NCBI GenBank assembly: GCA_965612795.1
Contig: CBFDTI010000033.1
Location: forward strand, 1-13,595
Reading direction: 5' to 3'
Source: an uncultured bacterium
Lineage (GTDB): Bacteria > Hydrothermota > UBA3073 > NMUJ01
DNA: 13,595 bases
Position numbers and translations under genes: made by a program. The notes under the pieces are model-generated. The model made no database searches and had not been told where the DNA came from. It was given only the letters and a program-made list of their open reading frames with translations. Shown in pieces: positions 1 to 8,492 of the stretch (its first letter is position 1; each line of letters opens with the position of its first letter).

Positions 1-14
1 TCACCTTTATTCAT
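1..14 (-). CDS. 5' end of a gene running off the left edge (M-N-K-G-D/E...), possibly an HU-family DNA-binding protein
   Basis: The minus strand reads ATG AAT AAA GGT GA from 14, directly behind a promoter-like element. MNKG(D/E) resembles the HU N-terminus, but only 4 full codons are visible. Confidence 0.3.
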
Positions 15-20
15 CAATTT

Positions 21-47
21 AAGTTAACCCCTATTTAGTCTGGTCAA
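21..47 (-). promoter_or_regulatory. Putative sigma70-type promoter for the leftward gene (leaderless)
   Basis: Minus strand: TTGACC (47-42), 15 nt, TAACTT (26-21), 6 nt, ATG (14). Confidence 0.55.
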
Positions 48-103
48 TCCTTAGCTATATTGACTAAAACGTGGCGATACTTTTGGATATGTTGCCTATG
101 ATA

Positions 104-132
104 TTGACATGATGCTTGTGCTTTTATATCTT
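104..132 (+). promoter_or_regulatory. Putative sigma70-type promoter of the pgi-mfd-wecA-comEC unit (leaderless)
   Basis: TTGACA (104-109), 17 nt, TATCTT (127-132), 6 nt, ATG (139). Confidence 0.7.
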
Positions 133-138
133 AAAGGC

Positions 139-1416
139 ATGGGTGAAGTAATTTTACATACGAATCACGTACTAGACTTTATCGATAATAAAGTTTGGAA
201 CCAACTTAAGGATGAAATCGTTCGTGCACATAGGTTGATTGAAACGCGCTCGGGGCCTGGCAGCGAATTCTTGGGTTGGCTCGATCTCCCCTATCAGGCT
301 GGGGTTAAGGAGATAATCCGTACCGCCAACCGCCTACGTGAGGATAATGAAGTACTAGTCGTTGTAGCAATAGGTGGATCGATGCTCACTGCACGTGCTG
401 TCATACACGCGCTTATGGGTCCTCTCTACTATCAAACTGATGGCCCCAAAGTTTACTATGCAGGTTATAACCTAGATAGCGATTATCACACGCGGCTCAT
501 AGAGTTGCTCAAAGACAAAGAGTTTGCACTATGTGTGGTATCAAAATCGGGGTCAACCATCGAACCAGCGGTCACATTTAGAATGTTACGCAAACTGTTG
601 GAACAAAAGTATGGTAAAAAAGCTCGCAACAAAATCGTAGTGATCACCGATCCGCAACGTGGACCGCTCAGAAAACTGGCCCAAACATATGGATATGTTA
701 CATTCAGTATACCACCAAATGTTGGTGGTCGCTTCTCTGGGTTATCGCCAGCCGGCCTATTCCCTATGGCGTTTGCTGGCGTGGATATCGATGCATTACT
801 TGAAGGTGCACGTGATGAAGCCCAACGTACGAATAAGCTCGATCTCGACACGAATCACGCCTATCTATATGCAGGTATAAGGAATGCGCTCTATCGTCAG
901 GGTAAGAAAATCGAGATATTCGTAACGTTTGCACCCCACCTGTACTGGTTGAACAAGTTTTGGGAACAGATGTTCGCCGAAAGTGAAGGCAAAGATGGCA
1001 AAGGCCTCTATGCTACCACAGCACAGTTCACCATGGACTTACATTCGATCGGTCAGTGGATACAAGAAGCTGAACGTACGATATTTGAGACATTTTTCTG
1101 GTACACACCCATAAGTGACACAACTACTATACCGGCTGATCATCCCGATATCGAGGTACTTAATTATCTACACGGTAAACCGCTATCCTACATTAACGAA
1201 AATGCTAAGCTGGGCACCCAACAAGCTCACAAAGATGGAGGTGTACCGAATCTGGAGATTTCGATCGATAAGCTTGACCCTTATCATCTTGGGCGGTTCA
1301 TCTTTTTTATACAAAAATCTGTAGCCATCAGTGGTCACATTTTGGGGGTAAACCCATTCAATCAACCGGGTGTCGAAGCTTACAAGAAAAATATGTTCCG
1401 ATTGTTAGGTCGTTAG
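139..1416 (+). CDS. pgi: Glucose-6-phosphate isomerase
   Basis: Motifs FLGWLDLP, IGGS, SKSGST, VGGRFS, ESEGKDGKG, DLHSIGQ and NPFNQPGVEAYK. Start moved from the ORF-track 109, which overlaps the -35 hexamer, to ATG 139. Confidence 0.95.
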   Translation: MGEVILHTNHVLDFIDNKVWNQLKDEIVRAHRLIETRSGPGSEFLGWLDLPYQAGVKEIIRTANRLREDNEVLVVVAIGGSMLTARAVIHALMGPLYYQTDGPKVYYAGYNLDSDYHTRLIELLKDKEFALCVVSKSGSTIEPAVTFRMLRKLLEQKYGKKARNKIVVITDPQRGPLRKLAQTYGYVTFSIPPNVGGRFSGLSPAGLFPMAFAGVDIDALLEGARDEAQRTNKLDLDTNHAYLYAGIRNALYRQGKKIEIFVTFAPHLYWLNKFWEQMFAESEGKDGKGLYATTAQFTMDLHSIGQWIQEAERTIFETFFWYTPISDTTTIPADHPDIEVLNYLHGKPLSYINENAKLGTQQAHKDGGVPNLEISIDKLDPYHLGRFIFFIQKSVAISGHILGVNPFNQPGVEAYKKNMFRLLGR

Positions 1417-1420
1417 TCCC

Positions 1421-4249
1421 ATGAACCCCATATTTGAGGTTTTGTGGAGTTATCCTAGGTTTGTATCACTTTTTGACAAACGTGAGGTCCAGGGTCTGGT
1501 TGGTGGACTCAAAAGCTTGTTTTTAGCCGAATATTGTAAGGATAAGGGACCTATCTTCATACTCTCACCCATGGCGGAAACTTTATTCCATGAACTTAAA
1601 TCACTGGTTGAACATAAGGTCTATAATTTGGAAGAGTCTTACGAACCATCCTTACGCGCTATACTGATGAAAGAAAGATGTATAGTGATCTGTGGGCTTA
1701 CTCCGTTGTCGTTCCCGGATATATCCAACCTTAAGGATAAAATGCTCATCTTAAAGGTGGGTTCATCATTCCGTATGGAGAGATTAATCGAATTTCTCAT
1801 CATCCGCAATTATGAACGTGTAACTCTGGTCGAGGAGCCACTCGAATTTGCCGTCCGTGGCAATATAGTCGATTTCTTCCCACCGGAAGCACCCTATCCC
1901 ATAAGGGTAGAGTTCGCTGACGATACTGTATATTCGTTGCGTTACTTTCACCCCGAAACACAACGTTCGATTAACCATATTCAATCCATAGAGTTATTGC
2001 CTGATATAGGGGAACGTACGTTGACGATCGATGAATTCATCAAAAACATAGACATACCCGTGATACTCGATAATGTGAGATTACCTATCACCTATCGGTT
2101 GCTAATAGGTGAGGGTTACGACTTTGGTGCTACAAGTGCGTTTGTCGGCGATCTATCCATGTTCCGTGATAAGTTGTCTCAGTTCAAACAATATCATATC
2201 TTCATCTCAGGTGTAGGGGATGAAATCGACAAACTTCACAAGCTATTCCCCGATACCAAGATAGTGTCACTTCCTATCGAGGAGGGCTTCATAGTGCACG
2301 AACTCAAACTTGCCGTCTTTACGTACTATGATATCTTCGGCAAGAAACGAGTGCGTCCACCTTCACACCCATATCAGAGTGTAGGTATACCCATCGACGA
2401 CCTAAAATGTCTACATAAAGGTGATTACGTTGTACATATAGACTATGGGATAGCGCAGTTCGAGGGTATAACCAACATCGAAGTGGAAGGCAAGCGGTTC
2501 GATGCTTTCTTGTTGAGGTTTCGTGATGGCGATCGCCTATATGTACCAGTGGAGAAGATGCATATGATACAAAAATACTCTGCACCTGGTGTGGTCAAAC
2601 CAACGCTGTCTAAACTGGGTTCGCCCCTGTGGGAGTTACGTAAAAGACGTGCCAAATCTGGTATATACAAGTTTATGCAAGAGTTGTTACAACTGTATGC
2701 AGAGAGAGAGATGTTGAAAGGGCATGCATTTTCACCTGATACAGGGTGGCAGGTGGAACTCGAGGCTTCGTTCCCATACGAAGAGACACCAGATCAGCTC
2801 AAAGTCATGGAGGAGATTAAACGTGACATGGAGATGCCACGACCAATGGACCGCCTCGTATGTGGTGAGGTAGGGTTCGGCAAAACTGAATTAGCTATAA
2901 GAGCCGCATTTAAAGCTGTCATGGACTACAAGCAGGTGGCAGTCCTTGTGCCAACAACGATTTTAGCCGAACAGCATTACAACACATTTAAAGAGAGGTT
3001 GGCTAGGTTCCCCATAAGAGTTGAAATGCTGTCTAGGTTTACCAAAAGTCGTGAACACGAAATACTGGCCGGCTTGCGGGATGGTACCGTAGATATAGTG
3101 ATAGGGACGCATAGGTTGTTACGCGAGGATGTTAAATTCAAAGACCTTGGATTAGTAATAATCGACGAAGAACATAGGTTCGGTGTACGCCAGAAGGAGA
3201 GATTCAAACAGCTACGTAAAGAAGTGGATGTGTTATCATTATCAGCCACCCCCATCCCACGTACACTGTATATGGCATTGCACAATATACGGGCATTATC
3301 GTTGCTTGAGACACCGCCACCAGGTAGGCTACCTATAATTACGCAGGTTATACCATGGGATACGAACCTCATCCGCAGGGCGATAGAGTTTGAACTATCA
3401 CGTGATGGTCAGGTCTATTTTGTACACAATAGGATCGAGACTATATACGTGCTACACGATATTTTAAAACGATGGTTACCTGATGTGGAAATAAGGGTGG
3501 CACATGGTAGGTTGAAGCCCAAGGAACTCGAAAAGATAATGTTGGATTTCTACCATAATAAGTTTCCGATATTGTTATCAACCAACATTATTGGTTCCGG
3601 TATTGACATACCAACAGTCAATACCATCATTATTCATAACGCTCATATGTTTGGTATCGCTGATCTGCATCAGCTACGTGGCAGGGTGGGTAGGGGTGAC
3701 GTCCAAGCTTATTGTTACTTAGTTGTACCAAGAAGCATGTCGTCACGTGCAAGACGCCGTCTGGCAGCTATCCTGAAGCATACCGAACTAGGTGCAGGCT
3801 TTAAATTAGCGCTTAAAGACCTGGAAATAAGGGGTGCAGGTAACATACTCGGCAGAGAACAACATGGTTATATGAACATGATCGGCTACGATCTCTACCT
3901 GAAATTACTGGAAGAAGTGATCCGCGAATTACGTGGCGAACGTATGGTTGAACATGAACCCAAGATTATACTTAAAGTGGACGCATACTTTCCGGATGAT
4001 TATGTACCACCGGAATTGAAGAGTGGACTTTACAGGAGGCTGAACGAAATTAAATTAGAAAGTGAAGTGGATACGTTCGAAGATGAGCTTAGAGATAGGT
4101 TTGGTTCTTTGCCACAAGAAGTACGTAATTTGTTGGACGTGGTACGGTGGCGCTTACGTGCGAAACGTGAAGCTATGGATGAGGTTGTGATAGGTGATGA
4201 ATATGTTACATTTCGCAAGAAGGGGGTACGTAGGGTAAGAAAACGTTGA
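1421..4249 (+). CDS. mfd: Transcription-repair coupling factor (compact, 942 aa)
   Basis: UvrB-like segment (EFAVRGNIVDFFP), CarD-like RID (GDYVVHIDYGIAQFEG), SF2 motifs GEVGFGKTE, DEEHRFGV, SATPIPRT and QLRGRVGR, TRG motif DLEIRGAGNILG, and TRCF C-terminus (ELRDRFG). Confidence 0.96.
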   Translation: MNPIFEVLWSYPRFVSLFDKREVQGLVGGLKSLFLAEYCKDKGPIFILSPMAETLFHELKSLVEHKVYNLEESYEPSLRAILMKERCIVICGLTPLSFPDISNLKDKMLILKVGSSFRMERLIEFLIIRNYERVTLVEEPLEFAVRGNIVDFFPPEAPYPIRVEFADDTVYSLRYFHPETQRSINHIQSIELLPDIGERTLTIDEFIKNIDIPVILDNVRLPITYRLLIGEGYDFGATSAFVGDLSMFRDKLSQFKQYHIFISGVGDEIDKLHKLFPDTKIVSLPIEEGFIVHELKLAVFTYYDIFGKKRVRPPSHPYQSVGIPIDDLKCLHKGDYVVHIDYGIAQFEGITNIEVEGKRFDAFLLRFRDGDRLYVPVEKMHMIQKYSAPGVVKPTLSKLGSPLWELRKRRAKSGIYKFMQELLQLYAEREMLKGHAFSPDTGWQVELEASFPYEETPDQLKVMEEIKRDMEMPRPMDRLVCGEVGFGKTELAIRAAFKAVMDYKQVAVLVPTTILAEQHYNTFKERLARFPIRVEMLSRFTKSREHEILAGLRDGTVDIVIGTHRLLREDVKFKDLGLVIIDEEHRFGVRQKERFKQLRKEVDVLSLSATPIPRTLYMALHNIRALSLLETPPPGRLPIITQVIPWDTNLIRRAIEFELSRDGQVYFVHNRIETIYVLHDILKRWLPDVEIRVAHGRLKPKELEKIMLDFYHNKFPILLSTNIIGSGIDIPTVNTIIIHNAHMFGIADLHQLRGRVGRGDVQAYCYLVVPRSMSSRARRRLAAILKHTELGAGFKLALKDLEIRGAGNILGREQHGYMNMIGYDLYLKLLEEVIRELRGERMVEHEPKIILKVDAYFPDDYVPPELKSGLYRRLNEIKLESEVDTFEDELRDRFGSLPQEVRNLLDVVRWRLRAKREAMDEVVIGDEYVTFRKKGVRRVRKR

Positions 4250-5259
4250 TGTCGTCTTCTTTAGTATGGGGTATAGTCTTTGTTCTGAGCGCTGGATTAA
4301 TTCTTCTATTACGCAAAATCTCCTTATCTACAGGATTTTTGTTAGACAATCCACACAACAACAGCAAGGCCGGCATCCATACATATCCTGTACCATCTGT
4401 TGGTGGTATTGCGGTGGTGATAGCGGTTATGGTAGGCATCTGGCTAAGATATGGTAGGTTTGAGGCCTGGAACCATATCCCATTTTACCTAACAGTACTT
4501 ATACTGGTAGCTGTCGGTATCATCGATGATACCTTCATAGTCAACCATCGTGTTAAATTAGTGACCCAAGCGGCGATAGCGATGCTCACCATAGGTAGTG
4601 GTATCGTTATACAGGGGGTAAAGTTTGGCTCTCTCCAAATAGCGCTTGCTCATCCATTCGACTATTTTCTAACTGTATTTTACGTGATGGGTATGATCAA
4701 TGCCATCAATATGATAGATGGGCTTGATGGGCTGGCTGGCGGTACCGGGGTTATCATCCTTACAGGTGTATTAATAGGGAGTTACTTGCTTCAAAACACA
4801 TTCCCATACATGTTGGCACCCTTTATAATAGTGGCCTTGGTGGCATTCCTTATGTTTAACTTCCATCCAGCAAAGGTCTTCCTTGGTGAGGTCGGTAGTA
4901 TGTTTCTCGGTGTGACACTCGCTGTTTTGCAGATAAGGGGGTTAACATCTGGCGGTTATTTTTACCTAGGGTATGCCATAATCATTACAGCATTCCCAAT
5001 CACCGACGTACTATGGAGCATAGTAAGGAGGAGGAAACACTATCACAAGCGTGATCTGGGTCACTTACACCATCGTTTATATTTCAATGTTTTCAACAAA
5101 AGTCAACCCAAAACGGTGCTCACATTGTGGGGGATAAACCTTCTATTGTTAGGGATTGGTGTGCTTACATTGTTATACTATGAAACGCTCTGTATACCTA
5201 TCCTTCTTACGGGTATCGTCGGTGTAGCAATCATACTCTATCTACTGAAACGACGTTGA
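4249..5259 (+). CDS. MraY-family (glycosyltransferase family 4) undecaprenyl-phosphate N-acetylhexosamine-1-phosphate transferase, WecA/TagO-like
   Basis: Polytopic membrane protein with H..PVPSVGG, GIIDD, NAINMIDGLDGLAGG, FNFHPAKVFLG and HLHH. ATG 4249 overlaps the mfd stop (TGATG). Confidence 0.9.
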   Translation: MSSSLVWGIVFVLSAGLILLLRKISLSTGFLLDNPHNNSKAGIHTYPVPSVGGIAVVIAVMVGIWLRYGRFEAWNHIPFYLTVLILVAVGIIDDTFIVNHRVKLVTQAAIAMLTIGSGIVIQGVKFGSLQIALAHPFDYFLTVFYVMGMINAINMIDGLDGLAGGTGVIILTGVLIGSYLLQNTFPYMLAPFIIVALVAFLMFNFHPAKVFLGEVGSMFLGVTLAVLQIRGLTSGGYFYLGYAIIITAFPITDVLWSIVRRRKHYHKRDLGHLHHRLYFNVFNKSQPKTVLTLWGINLLLLGIGVLTLLYYETLCIPILLTGIVGVAIILYLLKRR

Positions 5260-5268
5260 GGCATTTTA

Positions 5269-7338
5269 ATGAGCACTATCTCGGTGCTCATTATCTTTCT
5301 TACGTTCAGCGGTGGTGTGATACTTGCACATTTCCTTGATCCACCTATCATCCCACTATTATGTGGGATAGGTTTCTTCATAGTAATTTCGGTGTTCAAG
5401 TTTCGCGAATATGGGCTGTTGATAGCTGTCTTACTTTTAGCTGCTGTGTGGTATGAACTCCGTGTAGACTTATACACACGTAATTTCCTCCAAGGTAAAC
5501 GGCTACATATCTTAGCGACTGTCAAAAACATCCCCGAACACACAACAAGCGGATACATCGTAACACTCAAACTGATAACCCCTTTTAGAGGAGCAAAAAT
5601 ACGTGCAAGCCTACCCAGAAATCTGCACCCCGAGTATGGTGATACACTCAAAGGTGACATCTATCTCACTTATGTAGAGCCACAGAACCCGGACGAGTTC
5701 GATTACTACACGTTTCTAAAGAATGAAGGGTTCTGTGGTGCAGGTAAAATGGTATCGAACATCGCGATTAAAAAGTATAGTAAGGTTTCCTTTCTTCGGT
5801 TCGTGGGTAAGTTGAGAGAGAAACTGTTGCACGAAATAGATGCTTACACCAAAGGTGACATCAATGCGTTTTTGAAGGGGATCCTGCTTGGTGAACGGCG
5901 TTGCTTACGTGAAGAAGCTATAGAGCCATTTCGTAAAACCGGCATAATGCATATACTTGCAATCAGTGGTTTACATACTGGTATAATTGCAACCTTTATA
6001 ATGCTCGTATTAGCTGCGATGAGGATACCGTTGCTTATACGCTATCTTGTTACGGTGTTTACCCTTATAGTATATGTGACAATTGTGGGCCTACGTATAC
6101 CTGTTATAAGAAGTAGCATCATGTTATCATTAGCTCTGTTGACTGTCATCCTAGAGCGTAAGGTACATTATAGTAACATACTGGCGTTGGCAGCTATTGT
6201 TGTGCTCATCATGAACCCCGGTGCACTTTTCCAGATAAGTTTCCAATTATCGTTCGGTATAACGATGCTTATATTTGTTTGTCACAATTTAGTGGCTCCA
6301 CGCATTAACATGCGCTCACGTGTACAGCGATACTTGTTGTACCCTATAATGGTATTCACACCCATACAGGTGATGCTGCTCCCCTACACAGCGTACCATT
6401 TTCATTACCTACCGGTAGCAGCTCCGTTGATGAACCTCATAGTAGTGCCACTCACGGGGTTCTTGCTCATCTGTGGATGGGTATGGTTACTGCTTTCATT
6501 TGTGCCCATCAAATTATTTTCAACCCTATTTGGAGCCGCTTCATTCGCTATAGCTAAGTTTATTCTCGCTATTACGCAATTCGTATATAGATTGGGAATG
6601 TACATTGAAGTGGCAGCTTTCCCACTCTTATACCTAGCGATCTTCATATTGCTATCCGTGTTGGGGATCACTGTTTTCATGCGACGTCTGGCACCTAAAT
6701 ATGCCTTAATTGTCTTGTTATCCATACTCAATCTATTTGTCTGGCAAAAGGTGTTCACCAAAAAGGATCTGCACGCGCTTTGCATAAAATTGGCCAGTGG
6801 TAACGCATTTTTGATCACACATCCAGAGAATATCTTGGTGAACGCTGGTATGTGGTATCCTCACTACAACGAAGGCGAAAAAGTAGGCTCTATATTGAAG
6901 TATTATCATGCATTCCCACTCAAGTACATTGTAGGGTACGGTAGTATAGAAAATATCGGTGGTTTGCCTTACGTGGTTGAGAACTTTCCATGTTCATTAT
7001 TTGTGGGATTTACGGAACCCACCCGTAGCTGGCAGTTTCTCAAGAGACGGTTAACCGCATTGGGTGTAACGTATAAGCTGTTCGATAAAGATACCACTAT
7101 CAAGTTGGGGGAGCTAAAGCTCACCAAACGCCGAAACTCGTTACAACTGTGTTACCAGGGAGTCGAATTAAAGTATGTGAATGGCCACCTTTACTTCCAC
7201 AGGTATCACATCTATCCATATAAAGAAGCTATCTTCATAACCCGCATAGGTAGAAAAATTTACATTTACCCCTACTCATGGTTGATTAGAACATTGCGTG
7301 GTAAGTTCCTACATTGGACAGGTTATCTCGGTGTCTAA
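5269..7338 (+). CDS. comEC: ComEC/Rec2 DNA-uptake channel protein with a degenerate C-terminal metallo-beta-lactamase-like domain
   Basis: N-terminal TM segments and a soluble domain ending NPDEFDYYTFL. Competence domain GIMHILAISGLH, P-V-I-R-S and SFQLSF with many TM helices. GAGG lies upstream of the ATG. Confidence 0.9.
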   Translation: MSTISVLIIFLTFSGGVILAHFLDPPIIPLLCGIGFFIVISVFKFREYGLLIAVLLLAAVWYELRVDLYTRNFLQGKRLHILATVKNIPEHTTSGYIVTLKLITPFRGAKIRASLPRNLHPEYGDTLKGDIYLTYVEPQNPDEFDYYTFLKNEGFCGAGKMVSNIAIKKYSKVSFLRFVGKLREKLLHEIDAYTKGDINAFLKGILLGERRCLREEAIEPFRKTGIMHILAISGLHTGIIATFIMLVLAAMRIPLLIRYLVTVFTLIVYVTIVGLRIPVIRSSIMLSLALLTVILERKVHYSNILALAAIVVLIMNPGALFQISFQLSFGITMLIFVCHNLVAPRINMRSRVQRYLLYPIMVFTPIQVMLLPYTAYHFHYLPVAAPLMNLIVVPLTGFLLICGWVWLLLSFVPIKLFSTLFGAASFAIAKFILAITQFVYRLGMYIEVAAFPLLYLAIFILLSVLGITVFMRRLAPKYALIVLLSILNLFVWQKVFTKKDLHALCIKLASGNAFLITHPENILVNAGMWYPHYNEGEKVGSILKYYHAFPLKYIVGYGSIENIGGLPYVVENFPCSLFVGFTEPTRSWQFLKRRLTALGVTYKLFDKDTTIKLGELKLTKRRNSLQLCYQGVELKYVNGHLYFHRYHIYPYKEAIFITRIGRKIYIYPYSWLIRTLRGKFLHWTGYLGV

Positions 7339-7342
7339 CAAT

Positions 7343-7373
7343 GTGATTGACAATCACGTAGATATCTTAACTT
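7343..7373 (+). promoter_or_regulatory. Putative dgt promoter (leaderless) with a perfect palindrome over the -35
   Basis: TTGACA (7347-7352), 15 nt, TAACTT (7368-7373), 6 nt, ATG (7380). Inverted repeat GTGATTG-A-CAATCAC at 7343-7357. Confidence 0.6.
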
Positions 7374-7379
7374 GTAACG

Positions 7380-8492
7380 ATGGTCGCCCCTTACGGTGTA
7401 AGCAAAACGAAAGGTCGCAAATACAAAGAAGAAGAAGATCCAATACGTTCACCATGGCAACGTGATCGCGACCGTATCATACACTCAGTAGCGTTTCGGC
7501 GTCTTGAATATAAAACTCAGGTATTCGTTAACCACGAAGGTGACCATTACCGTACGCGGTTAACACATACGCTGGAGGTGGCACAGATATCACGCACTAT
7601 TGCACGTGCGTTACAGTTGAATGAAGATCTTACCGAAGCTATCGCCCTATCACATGATATAGGGCATCCGCCATTTGGCCATGCGGGTGAGGAGGCACTC
7701 AAAGAGAATTTACCCATAGGGTTTGAACATAACCGACAAGGGTTAAGGATAGTAGATGTACTCGAACGTCGATATGCAAACTTTCCAGGGCTCAACCTTA
7801 CGTATGAAACACGTGAGGGCATCATCAAACATCACACCCCCTATGACCTGCCCAAGGTGGAGGGACTTGAAGAGTTTGACCCCAACACACCCCCTACACT
7901 TGAAGCACAGATTATCAACGTAGCTGATGTAATAGCTTATAACTCACATGATCTGGACGATGGGTTACGTGCCGATTATATATCGCTGGACCACCTACAG
8001 GAGTTACCGCTATGGGCGGATATCTTCAATAAAGTGTATGAGGGCTATAAAGATCGACCCATACGGGTTATTATCTACGAAACATTGCGACGATTGATCG
8101 CCAAACAAGTAAGGGATGTAATCGAATACACACGCTATAATATTGAAAAACACAAGATTAAAACCGTGGATGATGTACGTAATATCGGGAAGATACTGGT
8201 AGAATTCAGCCCCGAGATGCGCGAACAGCAGGATATGTTACGTAGGTTTCTTGAAGATAACCTATATCGACACTATAAGGTGGTGAAGATGCAGGAGAAA
8301 GCCAAACGCTACATCAAAGCAATTCTTGAAATATACCTAAAAGAGCCCGCACATTTACCACCTGAGTATCAGGAGAGGATAACCGATGAGTATTCACTTT
8401 ACCAGACAGTTTGTGATTACATTGCGGGCATGACGGATAGGTTTGCACAAGAAGAATATGCACGCCTGTTTATGCCATTTACGAAAATGTGA
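7380..8492 (+). CDS. dgt: Deoxyguanosinetriphosphate triphosphohydrolase (HD-domain dNTPase)
   Basis: RDRDRIIHS, FRRLEYKTQVF, RTRLTHTLEV, HDIGHPPFGHAGE, AYNSHDLDD and DYIAGMTD. Confidence 0.95.
   Translation: MVAPYGVSKTKGRKYKEEEDPIRSPWQRDRDRIIHSVAFRRLEYKTQVFVNHEGDHYRTRLTHTLEVAQISRTIARALQLNEDLTEAIALSHDIGHPPFGHAGEEALKENLPIGFEHNRQGLRIVDVLERRYANFPGLNLTYETREGIIKHHTPYDLPKVEGLEEFDPNTPPTLEAQIINVADVIAYNSHDLDDGLRADYISLDHLQELPLWADIFNKVYEGYKDRPIRVIIYETLRRLIAKQVRDVIEYTRYNIEKHKIKTVDDVRNIGKILVEFSPEMREQQDMLRRFLEDNLYRHYKVVKMQEKAKRYIKAILEIYLKEPAHLPPEYQERITDEYSLYQTVCDYIAGMTDRFAQEEYARLFMPFTKM

Noticed and set aside
109..138. ORF-track N-terminal extension of Pgi (MMLVLLYLKG)
   Set aside because: It coincides with the -35/-10 promoter elements, so ATG 139 is the better start.
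1473..1500. TTGACA inside the 5' end of mfd
   Set aside because: No -10-like hexamer lies at a plausible distance.
2860..4899. Possible GAG-to-Asp recoding, since both Mfd (GEVGFGKT) and the WecA-like protein (FLGEVG) show GAG at usual Asp positions
   Set aside because: GAG encodes conserved Glu elsewhere, for example dgt HTLEV (CTG GAG GTG). These are ordinary substitutions.
5269..8492. comEC next to dgt as a DNA-uptake/nucleotide-recycling or antiphage dGTPase module
   Set aside because: dgt has its own promoter, looks like the ordinary short housekeeping family, and has no defence genes nearby. Adjacency alone is insufficient.
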